A DNA stretch of 64,000 nt from Octopus vulgaris. Lineage: Eukaryota. The notes beneath the pieces are model-generated. The model was not told the origin of the DNA and did not search any database. It saw only the letters and a list, made by a program, of their open reading frames with translations. The DNA lies in contig OX597819.1 of NCBI GenBank assembly GCA_951406725.2, positions 110,050,001 through 110,114,000 of the forward strand, in the 5' to 3' direction. Below, one piece after another: positions 1-54,700 of the stretch. Position 1 is the stretch's first letter; each line of letters opens with the position of its first letter. The position numbers and the translations under genes are program-made.

Positions 1-22
1 GAGGATGAGGATGATGATGATG

Positions 23-71
<49 letters not shown>

Positions 72-96
72 TATTAATAATGATATTAATAATAAA

Positions 97-340
97 CGGG
101 ATTGGAGTGAAAGAAGAAAAGAAGCCTTGAACGACTATGATGATTTGAAGTGGGAAATACGTAGGTTGTTGGCAATGAAGAGATTAGACGCGATACCGAT
201 AATAATTGGCAGGCTTGGAAATATCAGTACTCAACTACCAACGTGGTTCAAAATGATTAGGACAAATGTAAACATAGACCATCTAAGAAAATCATCATGT
301 CTTGGAACAACAAGAGTTTTCCATAGGGCTTTTGAAGCAC
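97..340 (+). mobile_element. Decayed 3' end of an RLE-type (R4/Dong-like) LINE
   Basis: YDDLKWEIRRL...IPIIIGRLG...LRKSSCLGTTRV; follows an (AAT)n tract. Confidence 0.75.
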
Positions 341-657
341 GATCAATAAATAGTTGCTACCCTATGGACAATAATGAAAAGATTGTTAATATTGGAATCG
401 TTAGGGCGTCTAAAATATTTCAGCCTCTCAAAAATACAAATTGAGTGATATATACATAGGACGTCTCAAAGCTTCTGAAGAAATCTTGCAGCCCAACCCA
501 TGCGGGGAAATACAACACCTTTAATACCAGCGTCAAGATACCACCTTTAATAACAAAGTAAATACACTCGATGCTAATTGTCCATACGTCTAACAGATGT
601 CTAAGAGGGCTAACGTGTTGTTAAGTTGTCTTCAAACTATAAGATGACATTACTCAC

Positions 658-40193
<39,536 letters not shown>

Positions 40194-42092
40194 TTTGCGT
40201 GATTTGGCTCGAGGTTTCTCTCTCTCTCTTTCTCTCTAGAGATATAGTAACACTTAATTTTATAATATCTGCTCGTTTGTATGAACGTAGTCTGCTTCAC
40301 TCTTCAGTTGAGTATTGATTGCTACATCATCATTTTGATAATTGTTATAGTTGTTGATCTTGTTATCGCTGCTGTCGTTGTTGTTATTCTTGTTAATTTT
40401 ACTTCTACTTTTGCTGTAGGTTCTATGACGAAAAGCAAATATCGATCGGATTTGTAAAGTGATAATGTATAAACAAAATATTAGCTGACAAAATCTAAAC
40501 TAGAGCAAGGTGATACTTAAAAAAAAAAAAAAACCGCAAAAGGTATAGCACTAATCGGGGATGAGCAGGGAGCTGACAAACAGTCTCAATATCAATACCT
40601 GACAACGAAATAAAATAAAATAAAAGCAAAAGAAAATTGGATTGGGTACTGTTTGTTAGGTATACGTTCGCCGTTCTCTTTGTTAACAGGTAAAAATGTA
40701 GTTGATGCAGCTGTGTTTTAGTAAATTATTTAAGGAACATTTAAAAGGTTTGCCACGCAAATGGATCTGGCATTAATTCGTTCATAACACATTTACAGTT
40801 TTCCTTGAATACTGAATATCTGGAAAGGTACTCTATTAAGGTAAAGTAAAAATTAGGTGGACCGAGTCCATAGTATATAGAACAATCCATCAACAAGTCG
40901 GTAGTTCGACTCCGCCAGCTCTGCTATGTGCTTTGCTCTGCCTTGCTCTGCCCTGCACTATTCTGCACTACTCTGAACTGCCCTGCACTACTCTGCACTA
41001 CTCTGAACTGCCCTTCACTGCCTTGTCTACGTTATGTTCCCATATGTTCAGAAGAAGCGTTGGTCCGTTTAGTTGGTCCGAAGTTCTTTGTAGTTACTGT
41101 TGTGTAATGGACGGAAGCAAATAGCAGATGCACAGTAATGTTCACGAGTAATCCTGTTGGTCTGTGGTGCCAAAATCCACTTTCAGGCGTGGACCAATAA
41201 ATAAAAACAGAACAAAAGAAGAAAATAATAGAAAGGAATAAAATGTTTTGAGTTCTAGCGTTTTGAGTTCTGGTGGTGTCACATTATGTCTACCAAGGAT
41301 TGAAACCGAGACGCAAATTCGCCTCGACAACATCAAAAGACAGCTCGCCCAACTGTCTTTCTAGAATAACGGACGAAATATGAAACAGACGCCATGAAAC
41401 GCATCGAGAGAAAGACAGCGAAGGAGAAAGCGAGAATGATAGATAGAGAGAATAGAATGCAGACACGGAGAGCGAGCGAGCGAGAGAGAGAGAGAGAGAT
41501 GGAGAGACTGAGAGAGAAAGAGAGAGAAATGAAGGGGAAGGAGAGAGTGTGGAGTGTGAGGAAGAATGAAAGACGGAGAAAGAAAAACAAAGGAGTTCGG
41601 AGGAAAAGATTTTTGCCGCTTCGAAGTAAAATGAGGTTTGCAGAATGACGTTGCTGATATAATATGCGTTGCTGTGGAAGTGAATGAAAGAAAGGAGAAA
41701 AAGACAGCTGTTGGTGATACAAAGAGGGAGAGACAAATTGAAGATTAGATATACTGCTTTTGTGTGTAATGCATACACACATGCATATGTATGTATGAAT
41801 GTATGTTTATCCACTTTGATAACTTTCGGCCAGAACTGACTCAGGCCGTGAATAATTTAACAGCACCACCTGGAAAAGACATTTAACGTTGATTTATACA
41901 ACAGTCATTCTTCGGGCACCAAAGCCAATCCGAATAAAGAGCTACTGCTTGCAGCGATATATCCGGGTATAGACGGTTTATCTGAAATTTATTGGAAATG
42001 TTCGTCCAGGAACCGTTTGAATGTTATGCAATTCTTTCCTTCTTTTATGTGTCTTTGAATTATGTTAAAGCAGAACCAGTTAAAGTGAAATA

Positions 42093-42346
42093 TTGGGTTA
42101 GTGCATAATTATTGCGGCTTTTTTTTTTTCAACAAATTTTATTCAACAAAAACAATAACAACATGTAACAAAAACATCTTTAAATGATTATTCCGGAGCA
42201 TATTCACCATCTACTTCAATTACTGCTTCCCATTTGCTTGGCAGACGGTCAGACCGTCATTTAAAGATGTTTTTGTTAAATATTGTCATTGTTTTTGTTG
42301 AATAAAATTTGTTGAAAAAAAGCCACAATAATTATACACCAACCCA

Positions 42347-42347
<1 letters not shown>
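42093..42347 (-). mobile_element. Internally deleted mariner (MADE-like) element
   Basis: TIRs TTGGGTTAGTGCATAATTATTGCGGCTTTT / AAAAGCCACAATAATTATACACCAACCCAA with TA TSD; remnant LPSKWEAVIEVDGEY. Confidence 0.8.
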
Positions 42348-42423
<76 letters not shown>

Positions 42424-42611
42424 AGTGTGTGTGTGTGTTTGTATACGTATGCTGGTATGTTTTCGTGCTTGCCCACCAATTCATGTTTTACAACCGATGT
42501 GCTGTGGCAAGTGTCTTTGTGAGTGGATCTGGTGGACGGAAGCTGAAAGAAGCCCGTCGTTTATTCTTTTATTTGTTTCAGTCATTTGACTGCGGTCATG
42601 CTGGAGCACCG

Positions 42612-42648
<37 letters not shown>

Positions 42649-42697
42649 AGAGAGAGAGAAATGTGCATATATACATATGTATGTATGTATATGTGTA

Positions 42698-42759
<62 letters not shown>

Positions 42760-43302
42760 TGTGTGTGTACGCACGCCTTTGTGTTTGTCCACTTGAGAAC
42801 CGGTGTCGGATTGTTTACATCTCCGTTACCTAGTGGTTAGGCAAAAAGAAACCGATAAAATAATTACTAGGTTTCAGAATATTGTACTGAAGTCTCGATT
42901 TGTTGGACAAAACTTTTCAAGGGAGTGCCTCAGCATGGTAGTAGACCATTGACTATAACACGTAAAAGAAAAAAAGATCAATCGAGGGTGGCTGATTCGC
43001 CAAATTATCAGAGGGTCGAACGAGACACCTTTCCGCATCTGTTCTACTAAGTCACAAGGACGTAAACATGCCAACATCGATTATCAGCCCATGCAGTGGC
43101 ACTCATGCCGAGCTGTACCAACCCGAGATGGAGGTCTTTCTCTTGAATAAACGCTACCAATTATCAGTACCATCACCCCACCTTTACCTCATCACCATCG
43201 TACCCCTTCACATTTCCCCCTGCAATTTGAACCCGCATAGTTTAACTACCACCTCGGTTATTACTATCGTTAACATAACCGATACCACCATTTACCCTAT
43301 AT

Positions 43303-43345
<43 letters not shown>

Positions 43346-43869
43346 AGCTACCGTACCACTGTCATATTACACCCATCACCAGCCTCTTCACCACCACATC
43401 CACTACCACTACCACCGACACAACCACAACCACCACCACCACCTCACCACCACCACCTCACCACCACCACCGCCATGCCATTTCCACAAGCACACCACCC
43501 GTATTCACGCGCCCCATGTTGTTATTTGCTATCAGTAAGTAACTGAAATGTTTTGTGTGAAAACTTAAGACTTTGGAAGGTCTGGCGTCCATCTGTCTGA
43601 CCACGAATGTGTACATGTGCGTGTGTGTGTGTGTTTGTGTGAATGTGCGTGTGTGTTGCGCGTGCTTGTATAAGTGTGACGGGCGTGTATATATACGCAT
43701 GTAATGTATATGTTTGTACATATGTGTATATGTGCGTGCGTAGAGGTCAGATGGCGTTGATGGAATCAAGATTGGCTGGACTGTCTATGTTTGAGTAAGA
43801 TACGGACCGTGTAAGAAAACATCAAATTTTCATCAAAATATCCCTACAGCTTCTTAGCTTTGTACATTT

Positions 43870-44245
43870 TACTCTTTACTCTCTTTTACTTGTTTCAGTC
43901 ATGCGACTGTGGCCATGCTGGAGCACCGCCTTTAGTCGAGCAAATCGACCCCAGAACTTATTCTTTGTATGCCTAGTATTTATTCTATCTGTTTCTTTTG
44001 CCGAACCGCTAAGTTACGGGGACGTAAACACACCAGCATCGGTTGGTAAACACACAGACACACAAACATATGTACACACATATATACACATATATATGAC
44101 GGGCTGCTTTCAGTTTCCGTCTACCAAATCCACTCACAAGGCTTTGGTCAGCCCGAGGCTATAGTAAAAACACTTGCCCAAGGTGCTACGCAGTGGGACT
44201 GAACCCGGAACCAAGCTACTTACCACATAGCTACTTCTACGCCTA
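43870..44245 (-). mobile_element. SINE family A
   Basis: Reverse-complement copy. Confidence 0.85.
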
Positions 44246-44379
44246 TATAGGCAAATTATTTTGCTTTATCTTTTACTTGTAGAATTTCGAGCTAGGGTCT
44301 TCGTCCATGACCTTTGCATGTTCTCTGAGATGGGTTGAAATTGATGCCATTAATATTGGTTTCTGATTTTGGCAGTTTT

Positions 44380-44737
44380 GTTGATACTTATTTTATTGAC
44401 CCCGAAAGGATGAAAGCAAAAATCGTCCTCGGCAGAATTTGAACTCAGAGCCAAAAGGTGGACGATGCGCCGCTAAGCATTTTACCCGGATTGTTATCGA
44501 TTCTTATTTCTTTATTGCCCACAAGGGGCTAAACATAGAGGGGACAAACAAAGAGAGACAAAGGGATTAAGTCGATTACATCGACCACAGTGCGTAACTG
44601 GTACTTAATTTATCGACCTCAAAAGGATGAAATGCAAAGGCGACCTCGGCGGAATTTGAACTCAGAACGTAGCGGTAGACGAAATACCGCTAAGCATTTC
44701 GCCCGGCGTGCAAACGATTCTGCCAGCACGCCGCCTT
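44380..44737 (-). mobile_element. SINE family B copies (one decayed, one intact)
   Basis: Reverse-complement matches. Confidence 0.8.
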
Positions 44738-44964
44738 CACGCCACTATTATTTCTTTAAATTGTTGCAGATCAACACCTCTATATACTTTATATAGACAC
44801 GTTTTACGCATCATTTAAGTTAAAACAGCAGGTATCATTAACATGAAAATGTGACCTGATAGAGGAAATCAGACTTCAGATTCGTAATCAGCATCAAAAC
44901 GTAACCCAGAAAAAATCAATCAGCAACTCTGATGGTTAAAAAAAGTTTCATTTTGTTGAGCAGT

Positions 44965-45250
44965 GAAATCTTTGGAGAATACTAGATAGAGCTATGTGAA
45001 AAACTCAACAGAAACCTAAATCTAAAGTTGAATTGTTTCAATTGTTGCGTGAAAAGTGGGCAGAAATTCCACAAGAGACAATCACAAGACTCATCAGTTC
45101 AACGCAAAAAATAGTTTCTGAATTAAAAACTGCAAAGGGAATGTCAACTTGAAACTAAAGTATGTAGTCCTACCTACCGATTACATTTCAATTGTTCGCT
45201 TTGCGTATTAAATAAAAGATTTTGAAAATTAAAGGTGCCTATTTACTTCC
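44965..45250 (+). mobile_element. Tc1-like transposase C-terminal remnant
   Basis: WRILDRA...KPKSKVELFQLLREKWAEIPQETITRLISS...KTAKG. Confidence 0.7.
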
Positions 45251-45264
45251 TGCATGTTTTTATA

Positions 45265-45348
<84 letters not shown>

Positions 45349-45574
45349 TTAGGGAGTAAATCCAAACTTACAGGGAAAAATTAGATTTAGGATTAAATCT
45401 AATTTTATAGTATAAATATATATATATTAAATTAGCGATAAAACCACTATTAGGCAAATTAAAAATTGTGAATTTTATATTTTATATATTTTTTATTAAT
45501 TAATTTTATTTCTATGTATTGGTTTATGATTTACACTGTTTGATTTGCCTAATAGTGGTTTTATCTCTAATTTA

Positions 45575-45640
<66 letters not shown>

Positions 45641-46075
45641 ATGTGTGTATGTATAAATACATTTATATATGTACTTAGACATACATAGAAACACAAATAT
45701 ACACATGCATACATACATATATACTGAGGCGGTGCCTTGAAGGGTTTAGTCAATCAAATAGGCTTCGGTACTTAGCTTAAGTCTGGTACTTATCCCATCG
45801 GACTCTGGCCGAACCGCTAACTTATAGGGACGTACAAAAACCAACACCGGTTGTCAAATGGTGGGGCGGACAAACAAAAAAAACAATCACACACACACAC
45901 GTCCATATATGATTGACTCCCATGCAATTGCCGTTCCGTCAACCAAATTCTCTCACAACGCATTGGTCTGCCCCAGCAAATAATAGAGGACACTTTTCTA
46001 AGGCACCGCGCAGTGGGATTGAAACCCGTAGTTGCAAACTGAGGTTGTTTTTTTATTACACAGCTATACCCACGC

Positions 46076-46189
<114 letters not shown>

Positions 46190-46531
46190 CGGGATGGTCA
46201 CAAGCAGATCGTCTTTGTTGATATATCTGCTTGACAACAGATTACCTGCAGCTAAGTAGTAATAACCAAAATAAAAAAAAAACAAAAAAAGACATAGCAG
46301 CACCATCTTAAAACTGACGCCAATTATAGATAATCCCTTATTTAATACACACAAGATTACAGTTGTATACATAAGCACCATTTAAGCAAACACTTCATAT
46401 CTACGGTAAACATTGGGTATCCTCCGATGTGCTAAAGCTTCATCTTGTCGCTTAACTGGATCAGAGATGTTTAACTGGATCAGTCGCCGTACCATGCTAT
46501 GTTTCTGTCTATCACTATCACGCACACTCTC

Positions 46532-46563
<32 letters not shown>

Positions 46564-46699
46564 CCTCTCATTCTCTCTCTCTCTCTCTCTCTCTGTCTTT
46601 CCCTCTCTGTCTGTCTCTCGCTCGCACTTTTGCCTTTCTGATTCGCTCTTCCCACTTTCTGTTTATTTCTGTCTCTGTCTGTCAATCTCTGTATATATG

Positions 46700-46767
<68 letters not shown>

Positions 46768-47201
46768 AAGACAGGATTAGTTTAATCGTTAGAGCGCCGG
46801 AAAAGTACTTCGCAGTATTTATTTTATTTTGACTCTACATTTTGATTTCAAATCCCATCGAGGTGAACTTCTCGTTTCATCCCACCCTGGGTTTTTTTAA
46901 ACTATAGTACTTAGTTAATTACTGGTATCAATATAACTGACTGTTCCCTCCCTCAAATCCCTGCCCTTGAACATAATGTTAGAAACGATTATTCTTGAGA
47001 GAGCCCTTAGCATACCAGGCGAAATGCTTAGGGGTATTTCGCCCTTCTTCAAGGTCTGAGTTTAAATTCTGCCGAGGTCAACTTTGCCTTTCATCCTTTC
47101 GCGGTCGATAACATAAATTACCAGTTGATCACTGCGGTCGATGCAAACGGCTTAACCCTCCCCCGAAATTATTGGCCTTGTGCCGAAATTTGCCATTTTG
47201 T

Positions 47202-47608
47202 GTAGGAGTGGCTGTGTGGTAAGTAGCTTGCTTCCCAACCACATGGTTCCGGGTTCAGTCCCGCTGCGTGGCACCTTGGGCAAGTGTCTTCTACTATAGA
47301 CTTGGGCCGACCAAAGCTTTGTGAGTGGATTTGGTAGACGGAAGCTGAAAGAAGGCCATATATATGTATATATATATATATATGTGTGTGTGTATGTGTT
47401 TGTGTCTGTGTTTGTCCCCCTAACATCGCTTGACAACCGACGCTGGTGTGTTTACGTCCCCGTAACTTAGCGGTTCGTCAAAAGAGACCGATAGAATAAA
47501 TACTAGGCTTACAAAGAATAAGTCCTGGGGTCAATTTGCTCGACTAAAGGCGGTGCTCCAGCATGGCCACAGTCACATGACTGAAACAAGTAAAAGAGAG
47601 TAAAAGAG
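47202..47608 (+). mobile_element. SINE family A
   Basis: Full copy. Confidence 0.88.
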
Positions 47609-47651
<43 letters not shown>

Positions 47652-49231
47652 GAAAAGCGGCGAGCTAGTAAGATCGTTAGCACGCCAGGCAAAATGCTTT
47701 GCAGCTTTTCAAGTTCTGCCGAGGTTCATTTTGCCTTTCATCCCTTTGAGGTGGATACAATAAGGAACAGTTGAGCCCCGGAGTCGATGTAATCGACTTA
47801 CTCATTCACCGAAATTGCCGGCCTTGTCCCAGTATTGGAAACCATCATTATTATTATCATTAGAAATGTTGCAGGCTGGCAGACTCGTTGGCATGCCGGA
47901 TAAAATTCTTAGCGGCATTTCGTTCGCCTTTACATTCTGAGTGTGAAAGCGCATGGCTTATTAGTTAGGGTGTTCGGCTTGGGTTGGTAAGGCCTTGAGT
48001 TCGATTTCCGGTGGCTCATTGAGCCAATGTTGTCATATTCTGTGTTACGCTGCGTCTCTCTGAAATCTGTATCAATGGTTCGTGTTTCTGTGGAGTGCTC
48101 AGCCACTTGCACGCTAATTTCACGAGCAGGCTGTTCCGTTGATCAGATCATCTGAAGCACTCATCATCGTGTCGTAACCGAGGTAATGTCAGTTTAGTTG
48201 TCATTCTGAGTTCAAATTCCACCAAGCTCGACTTTATCTTTCACCTTTTCGGGGTCGTGAAGTATCAGTCAAGTACTGGGGGTCAACGACATCAGTTAGA
48301 GCCCGTCACCAAATTTTCAGGTCTTGCACCTATAGCAGAATGGATTTTTTTTATAGAAATTAAAAGGAGTGGCGGTAAAATAGGATCGAAGATGATATAT
48401 CTTGTAGTATTTATTCCCACTACATACGACCTGTTTTCAAATTCTACCGATGTAAATTCTAATTTTATAGCCCTCCACTGTCGATAATTCGAGGTCGATG
48501 AAAAATGAAGTATCACTCAAGTACGTTACTGTAACCGATTAGGACCCCCTATCCTAAAATTATTGGCATTCTGTCTATATTGTCAAACATTATTATTAAT
48601 AGACACCGAAGCGTCTTCAATGGTATATTAATTTCATGTTTCCAGTTGTTTAAAGTATTAAAATAAGGAAGGAAGCAACGTGACAATATATATGCAAAAA
48701 TAAACATAAGCACATCGAAATATGACTAACCAACAGAACTCAGCGGTGTGATTAGTTGCTCGGAAACGTTTGAAAAAGCATCACAGATCTTTATCTGTTT
48801 ATCATGCACAGAACATGTAATATTTGTGTCTAATCAAGTGCGGAAAATTGGATTTTATGTGTTAAACACTTGTAAACACTGGTTTTTATTCATAAGAGTT
48901 TTAATGTTGGTGAATATCTGTATGTTTATTTATATGATCATATTTTCAGAATATTGCATACCTACTGGAAATAAGATAGTTTATCCAGTTGGTTATAGGA
49001 AATTCCTCAATAAATAGTTTGTCTTCTTGTCTCAAAACAACTAGACTATCTTTTCCCTTATGGCATACCAATTTGGGAGAGTTCATAATTATGAAGGTTA
49101 TCTTCTGTTCGCATTTAAAGTTAATACTGATTGCAAATAAGCGATTTATTTGTTTTGCAATATATCCTTATTCGTCATGCATCTGAATATATTCATGCAT
49201 ACATCTATGCATATATTCACGCATATATCTA

Positions 49232-49710
49232 AGGCGGCGAGCTGGCAGAAACGTTAGCGCGCCGGGCGAAATGCTTTGCGGTATTTCGACTTTGCCTTTC
49301 ATCCTTTCGGGGTCGATAAATTAAGTACCAGTTACGTACTGGGGTCGATATAATCGACTTAATCCGTCTGTCTGTCCTTGTTTGTCCCCTTTGTGTTTAG
49401 CCCATTGAAGGTAGTAAAGAAAGTACCAGTTACGTACTGGGGTTTATATAATCGACTTAATCAGTTTGTCTGTTCTTGTTTGTCCCCTCTGTGTTTAGCC
49501 CCTTGAGGGTAGTAAAGAAATAGGTATTTCGTCTGCCGCTACATTCTGAGTCCAAATTCCGCCGAGGTCGACTTTGCCTTTCATCCTTTCTGGGTCGATT
49601 AAATAAGTACCAGTTACACAAAGGGGTCGATGTAATCGACTTAATCCGTTTGCCTGTCCTTATTTGTCCCCTATATGTTTAGCCCCTTGTGGGCAATAAA
49701 GAAATAAGAA
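49232..49710 (+). repeat. Tandem multimer of SINE family B
   Basis: Three partial units head to tail. Confidence 0.85.
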
Positions 49711-49754
49711 TGTATGCCATTGGCTACCCAGGATTAGTCATCTTTACTCATTGG

Positions 49755-49789
<35 letters not shown>

Positions 49790-50176
49790 ACGTGTGAGTG
49801 CGCGTGTCTGTATATGTTTATACATTCATAATAATGGGATGTCGATGTATATATGCAATAATACATGTGTGTGTGATTACATACAGTAATACCTCACATT
49901 ACGAGATCTCCAGTTTACGAGTTTTATTTTTCAAACACAAGATCCGAATTTTGAACGAAGTGCAACAGTTTCTACTATCATAAATACTTCTGTGTGTTAC
50001 CGAAAAATTTATAGAGAACGAAAAAGAGCTTCTTTTAAGCAAACAACTCTAGACTTGTTTCCTTTTTTTAAAAAAGAAATCTACAAGTCAGTCTACGAGT
50101 GCTTGTGAATCGGTGATAGCATCTACAATCGATGGTGTGTGCGTGTCTAGTGTGAATGAGAGTGATTCAGAAAACG

Positions 50177-50365
<189 letters not shown>

Positions 50366-50700
50366 ACTGATAAATAATCTTGACGTTCTTTTTACTTCAT
50401 AAAATATTCTTTACATTCTACTGTTGTTTTATTGCCATTTATTTAGGGATATTATAAAATTTATTGGTAAAATATTTTTCTGGGAACGGATTACAATTTA
50501 TAACATTGCTACTATGGGAAATTATTGCTCTGCTTTACGAGATTTCGTTTTACGAGTGCTCTCCGGAAACAAATGAATACGTATATCGAAGTATTACCTT
50601 ATGTATCTGTGCATATACGAATACACTCCCCACACACTATATATGTGGTGAACCTGTGTATACATGTGTGTCTATATATCCATATACACAAATATACACG

Positions 50701-50761
<61 letters not shown>

Positions 50762-50762
50762 A

Positions 50763-50793
<31 letters not shown>

Positions 50794-50799
50794 ATATAA

Positions 50800-50854
<55 letters not shown>

Positions 50855-51270
50855 CACATACATGCACATAAACATTCTTTTTAACAGAAGATAGGTAAGT
50901 AAATCTGTAAACTTTTGTTTTCCTTCCTTTTCCCTAACCCCTGGTCCCTTCACCCAACCTTACCCCCACCTCCTTCTCACTTTAATTCTCCCCCCTTCTC
51001 TTTTCACCATTGCATTCCAAATCTTCCGGTCGTAATCTCGGGTCAGCGACAAACGCCGTTAGGTGTTTTGGCCGAGCGGAAGTTGGCGAGCGACCAGAAG
51101 ATGTTGCCAGGAGCTTAGTCTATTATCAACTATTGTTGCATTTGGCCAGGTAGGAGATTGACGTCTGTGGCTGGGCAGTGAGAAGAAGAGGAAGAAGGAG
51201 AAAAAGAAGAAGAAGTAGAAGAAGAAGAAAAAGAAGAAAAAGAAGAAAAAGAAGAAGAAGAAGAGGCTAG

Positions 51271-51484
51271 ATGGGAACGACAATGGAAAAAGACCAAGCA
51301 GGTATGAAAATCCACAAGTTCCCTATGCATCATTGCTCTTTTGTGTGTTTTACTGAGTGTGGGGGTTTTCATTATTTTCTACGCATACCTTTGTGTGTAT
51401 GCTTGTTTGTGCATACGCTCATGTGTGTGTGCGTGTTCATACATACAGATATATATGCAAACATATATATATATATGTCTGTCG

Positions 51485-51520
<36 letters not shown>

Positions 51521-51526
51521 CGACAG

Positions 51527-51557
<31 letters not shown>

Positions 51558-51668
51558 TATTTACACACATACGCATATATATGTGTACTTGTATATGTAT
51601 AAATGTATATCTGAAAATGTTTGTGTGTGTGTGTATATATATATATATAACACACACACACACACACG

Positions 51669-51702
<34 letters not shown>

Positions 51703-54700
51703 CTTATATATATAACACATATATGTATATATACATACATATATATATATAAAACACACGTATATTTATATTTCAATACATATATATATGTGTGTGTGTG
51801 TGTGTGTATACATAGATGTGTGTGTGTGTGTGTTATATATATGTATGTGTATAATGTATATGTAAACACACACATACACACACACATACACACACATACA
51901 TACATACACATACACGCGCACACATAAATACGCATGTAATATACACAACACATCGCAATGTTTTCAGTCATTGGAGAGTTTCATAATTACGCAGCCCCTA
52001 CTTCAAAGCCCTTATCGGGTCAATCGATCCCAATATTTGCAAACTTGTATTTTTCATCGACATTCGAAAGATGAATCTAAACGCTAATTATATCTTTATA
52101 TTGGAAAATTTCAAATACGATCCACGTTGTAGCCTACAGCTTTGCATGTAGAGAGTCTAAATTTTGCATACGTCATATGTCAAGAAAGTTGTTACTTTCA
52201 GCTGCACCAGAAAGATTTAAAAATATTGGATATTCCCATAAAGTACAATAGTTATTACAACAGATCTGATTATTGTAATTTTAGCAGTATTATGGAAAAT
52301 ATTAGCATGATTTCAGGAAAAATTTAACCCATTAACTGCTAAATTTTTTATTCATGTTTTTTGGCTTGGCTATAAAATAATTTATAGTATTTAAATTTTC
52401 TTCATATGTGAATTATTTTGGAAATTATTATAAAATTTTCGAAAAGTCCTAAATGGGGATCGCTGAAAAAAGCATATTTACCCTTTTCTTTTCAATTGCA
52501 ATAAAAAACATTTTAGTTCTTTTTTTTTTTTTTTGAAACTATAGTGTCAAATGCGAATGTGTATGAAATATCAATGAATGATATAGATGGGAAATGCCAT
52601 AAAACGAAATAAAAAAATAAACAACACGTTTTCAAAACAGTCACTATTTTTCTAGTTAAAAAGTTGCAATTTGTGACACAATGTCCTCTAGATTTGACCA
52701 GAGCTAATAATGACAAACTTTAACTACTAAATATTGTTAAACACACCTCTGTAAATGTAATGTACATAAGCAGGGGTGGCTGTGTGGTAAGTAGTTTGCT
52801 TACCAACCACATGGTTTCAGGTTCAGTCCCACTGCGTGGCATCTTAGGCAAGTGTCTTCTACTATAGCCTCGGGCCGACCAAAGCCTTGTGAGTGGATTT
52901 GGTAGACGGAAACTGTATATGTGTGTGTGTGTGTGTTTGTGTGTGTGTGTTTGTCCCCCCAACATCGCTTGACAACCGATGCTGGTGTATTTGCGTCCCC
53001 GTAACAGAGCGGTTCGACAAAAGAGACCGATAGAATAAGTACTAGGCTTACAAAGATCGACCTCAGTGCTTAATTTATGAAAGGCAAAGTCGACCTCGGC
53101 GGAATTTGAACTCAGAACGTAAAGACAGACGAAATGCCGCTAAGCATTTCGCCCGGCGTGCTAACGTTCCTGCCAGCTCGCCGCCTTAGAGTCTTTAAAA
53201 TGGCATCAAAGTGATGCAGAAGATATGTTAAGCAGTTCCTGCCATTACAGAAACCATGGTGGTTGGATATACGAAGACTATTTCTTTCCAAGATGTGAGT
53301 TACTCAGGATCTCTCTAATCTCTCAAATAATTTGTTGATATGAGAGGCAAGTGAGGTCGGTCGGCAATTCACTTCGAGTGATTTGCTTCCCTTTTAGAAA
53401 ACTGGCACAATCAACTGGGATAGAACATTAACAAGAATATAGCCAGTACCGAGTGATTTCCTCTAGAGCAGTGGTTCTCAAACATTTTTATACCTGTACC
53501 CCGTTGATTACTATTTTATTCTGGTGGACCCCATAACCGTTCGATGTTTAAAAACTAGGTTTATAGATATTTCCTTCAAGATTCCTATTTTGTTTTTCAC
53601 ACATCAACTTGTGTAGGTTGGGCTATGTAAAATATCAGAGAAAGAAACCATGTTGTTGTTTTTTTCTGCAATACATACTAATACATACATTTAAAGCAAC
53701 ATTGTTTTGAAGGGCCTCTTGAAGTAATATTGTGGATCCCCATTTTACCATATAGTTGCATGGACCCCCAAAACTCTTATATGGACCTTCAGGGACTCTA
53801 TGGACCGCAGTTAAGAACCACTGCTCTAGAGAATAGCTAGAAGGGATACGAGTTGACGTCGACGCCCTTTTAGCGCAGCAGCAAAACACCACCACCACCA
53901 CCACCACATTCACCATTAACATCGTCGTTCTTCCTTCCTCCTTCACCAGATTTCCTCGTTCTGTCACCAAGGGAGAGACTCAGCTACACCCGTCACCAGC
54001 TTCAGTTACTGAACGGAATATTTGAGAGACTTCGCTACCCAAACAGCATCCAGAAACAGATCATTGCCAGACGAGTCGGCATCAACCGAGAACAGGTGAA
54101 GGTGAGACAGTTTTACCTCAGAGCGTTTGTTATTAGTTTCATTTAGCCCCAGGTCAAGTGTGAGCGAGAAGATCTATAAAGGCAACAGGCTGATGTCCAG
54201 ATATTCACGCTGTTGTTATTATCGTTGTTTAGCTCCAGATAAGGCCTGAGGGAGAAGACCCATTGTATGAAGTTTGTAGGCTGTTGTTATTTAGCCCTAG
54301 GTCACGCTTGGCTGTGAAAATGTGATTTGCTGTATGAAGAATGTAAGTCGTTGGTTAGCTTCGGTTAAGTCTGTATAGAAAGACCGAATGTATGGATCTT
54401 GTAAGCTGTTGTTGTTGTTGTTGTTGTTTTGACCCAGGTCAAGCCTGAGTAAGATGAAGCTACTAAAGGCGGCGAGCTGGCAGAAACGTTAGCACGCCGA
54501 GCGAAATGCTTAGCGGTATTTCGTCTGCCGCCACGTTCGGAGTTCAAATTCCGCCGAGGTCGACTTTACCTTTCATTCTTTCGGGGTCGATTAAATAAGT
54601 ACCAGTTACGCACTGGGGTCGATGTAATCGACTTGATCCCTTTGTCTGTCCTTGTTTGTCCCCTCTATGTTTAGCCCCTTGTGGGTAGTAAAGAAATAAG

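Noticed and set aside
50915-51118. 67-aa ORF upstream of the homeobox gene
   Set aside because: It has no ATG start or recognisable domain; it could be UTR or a decayed repeat.
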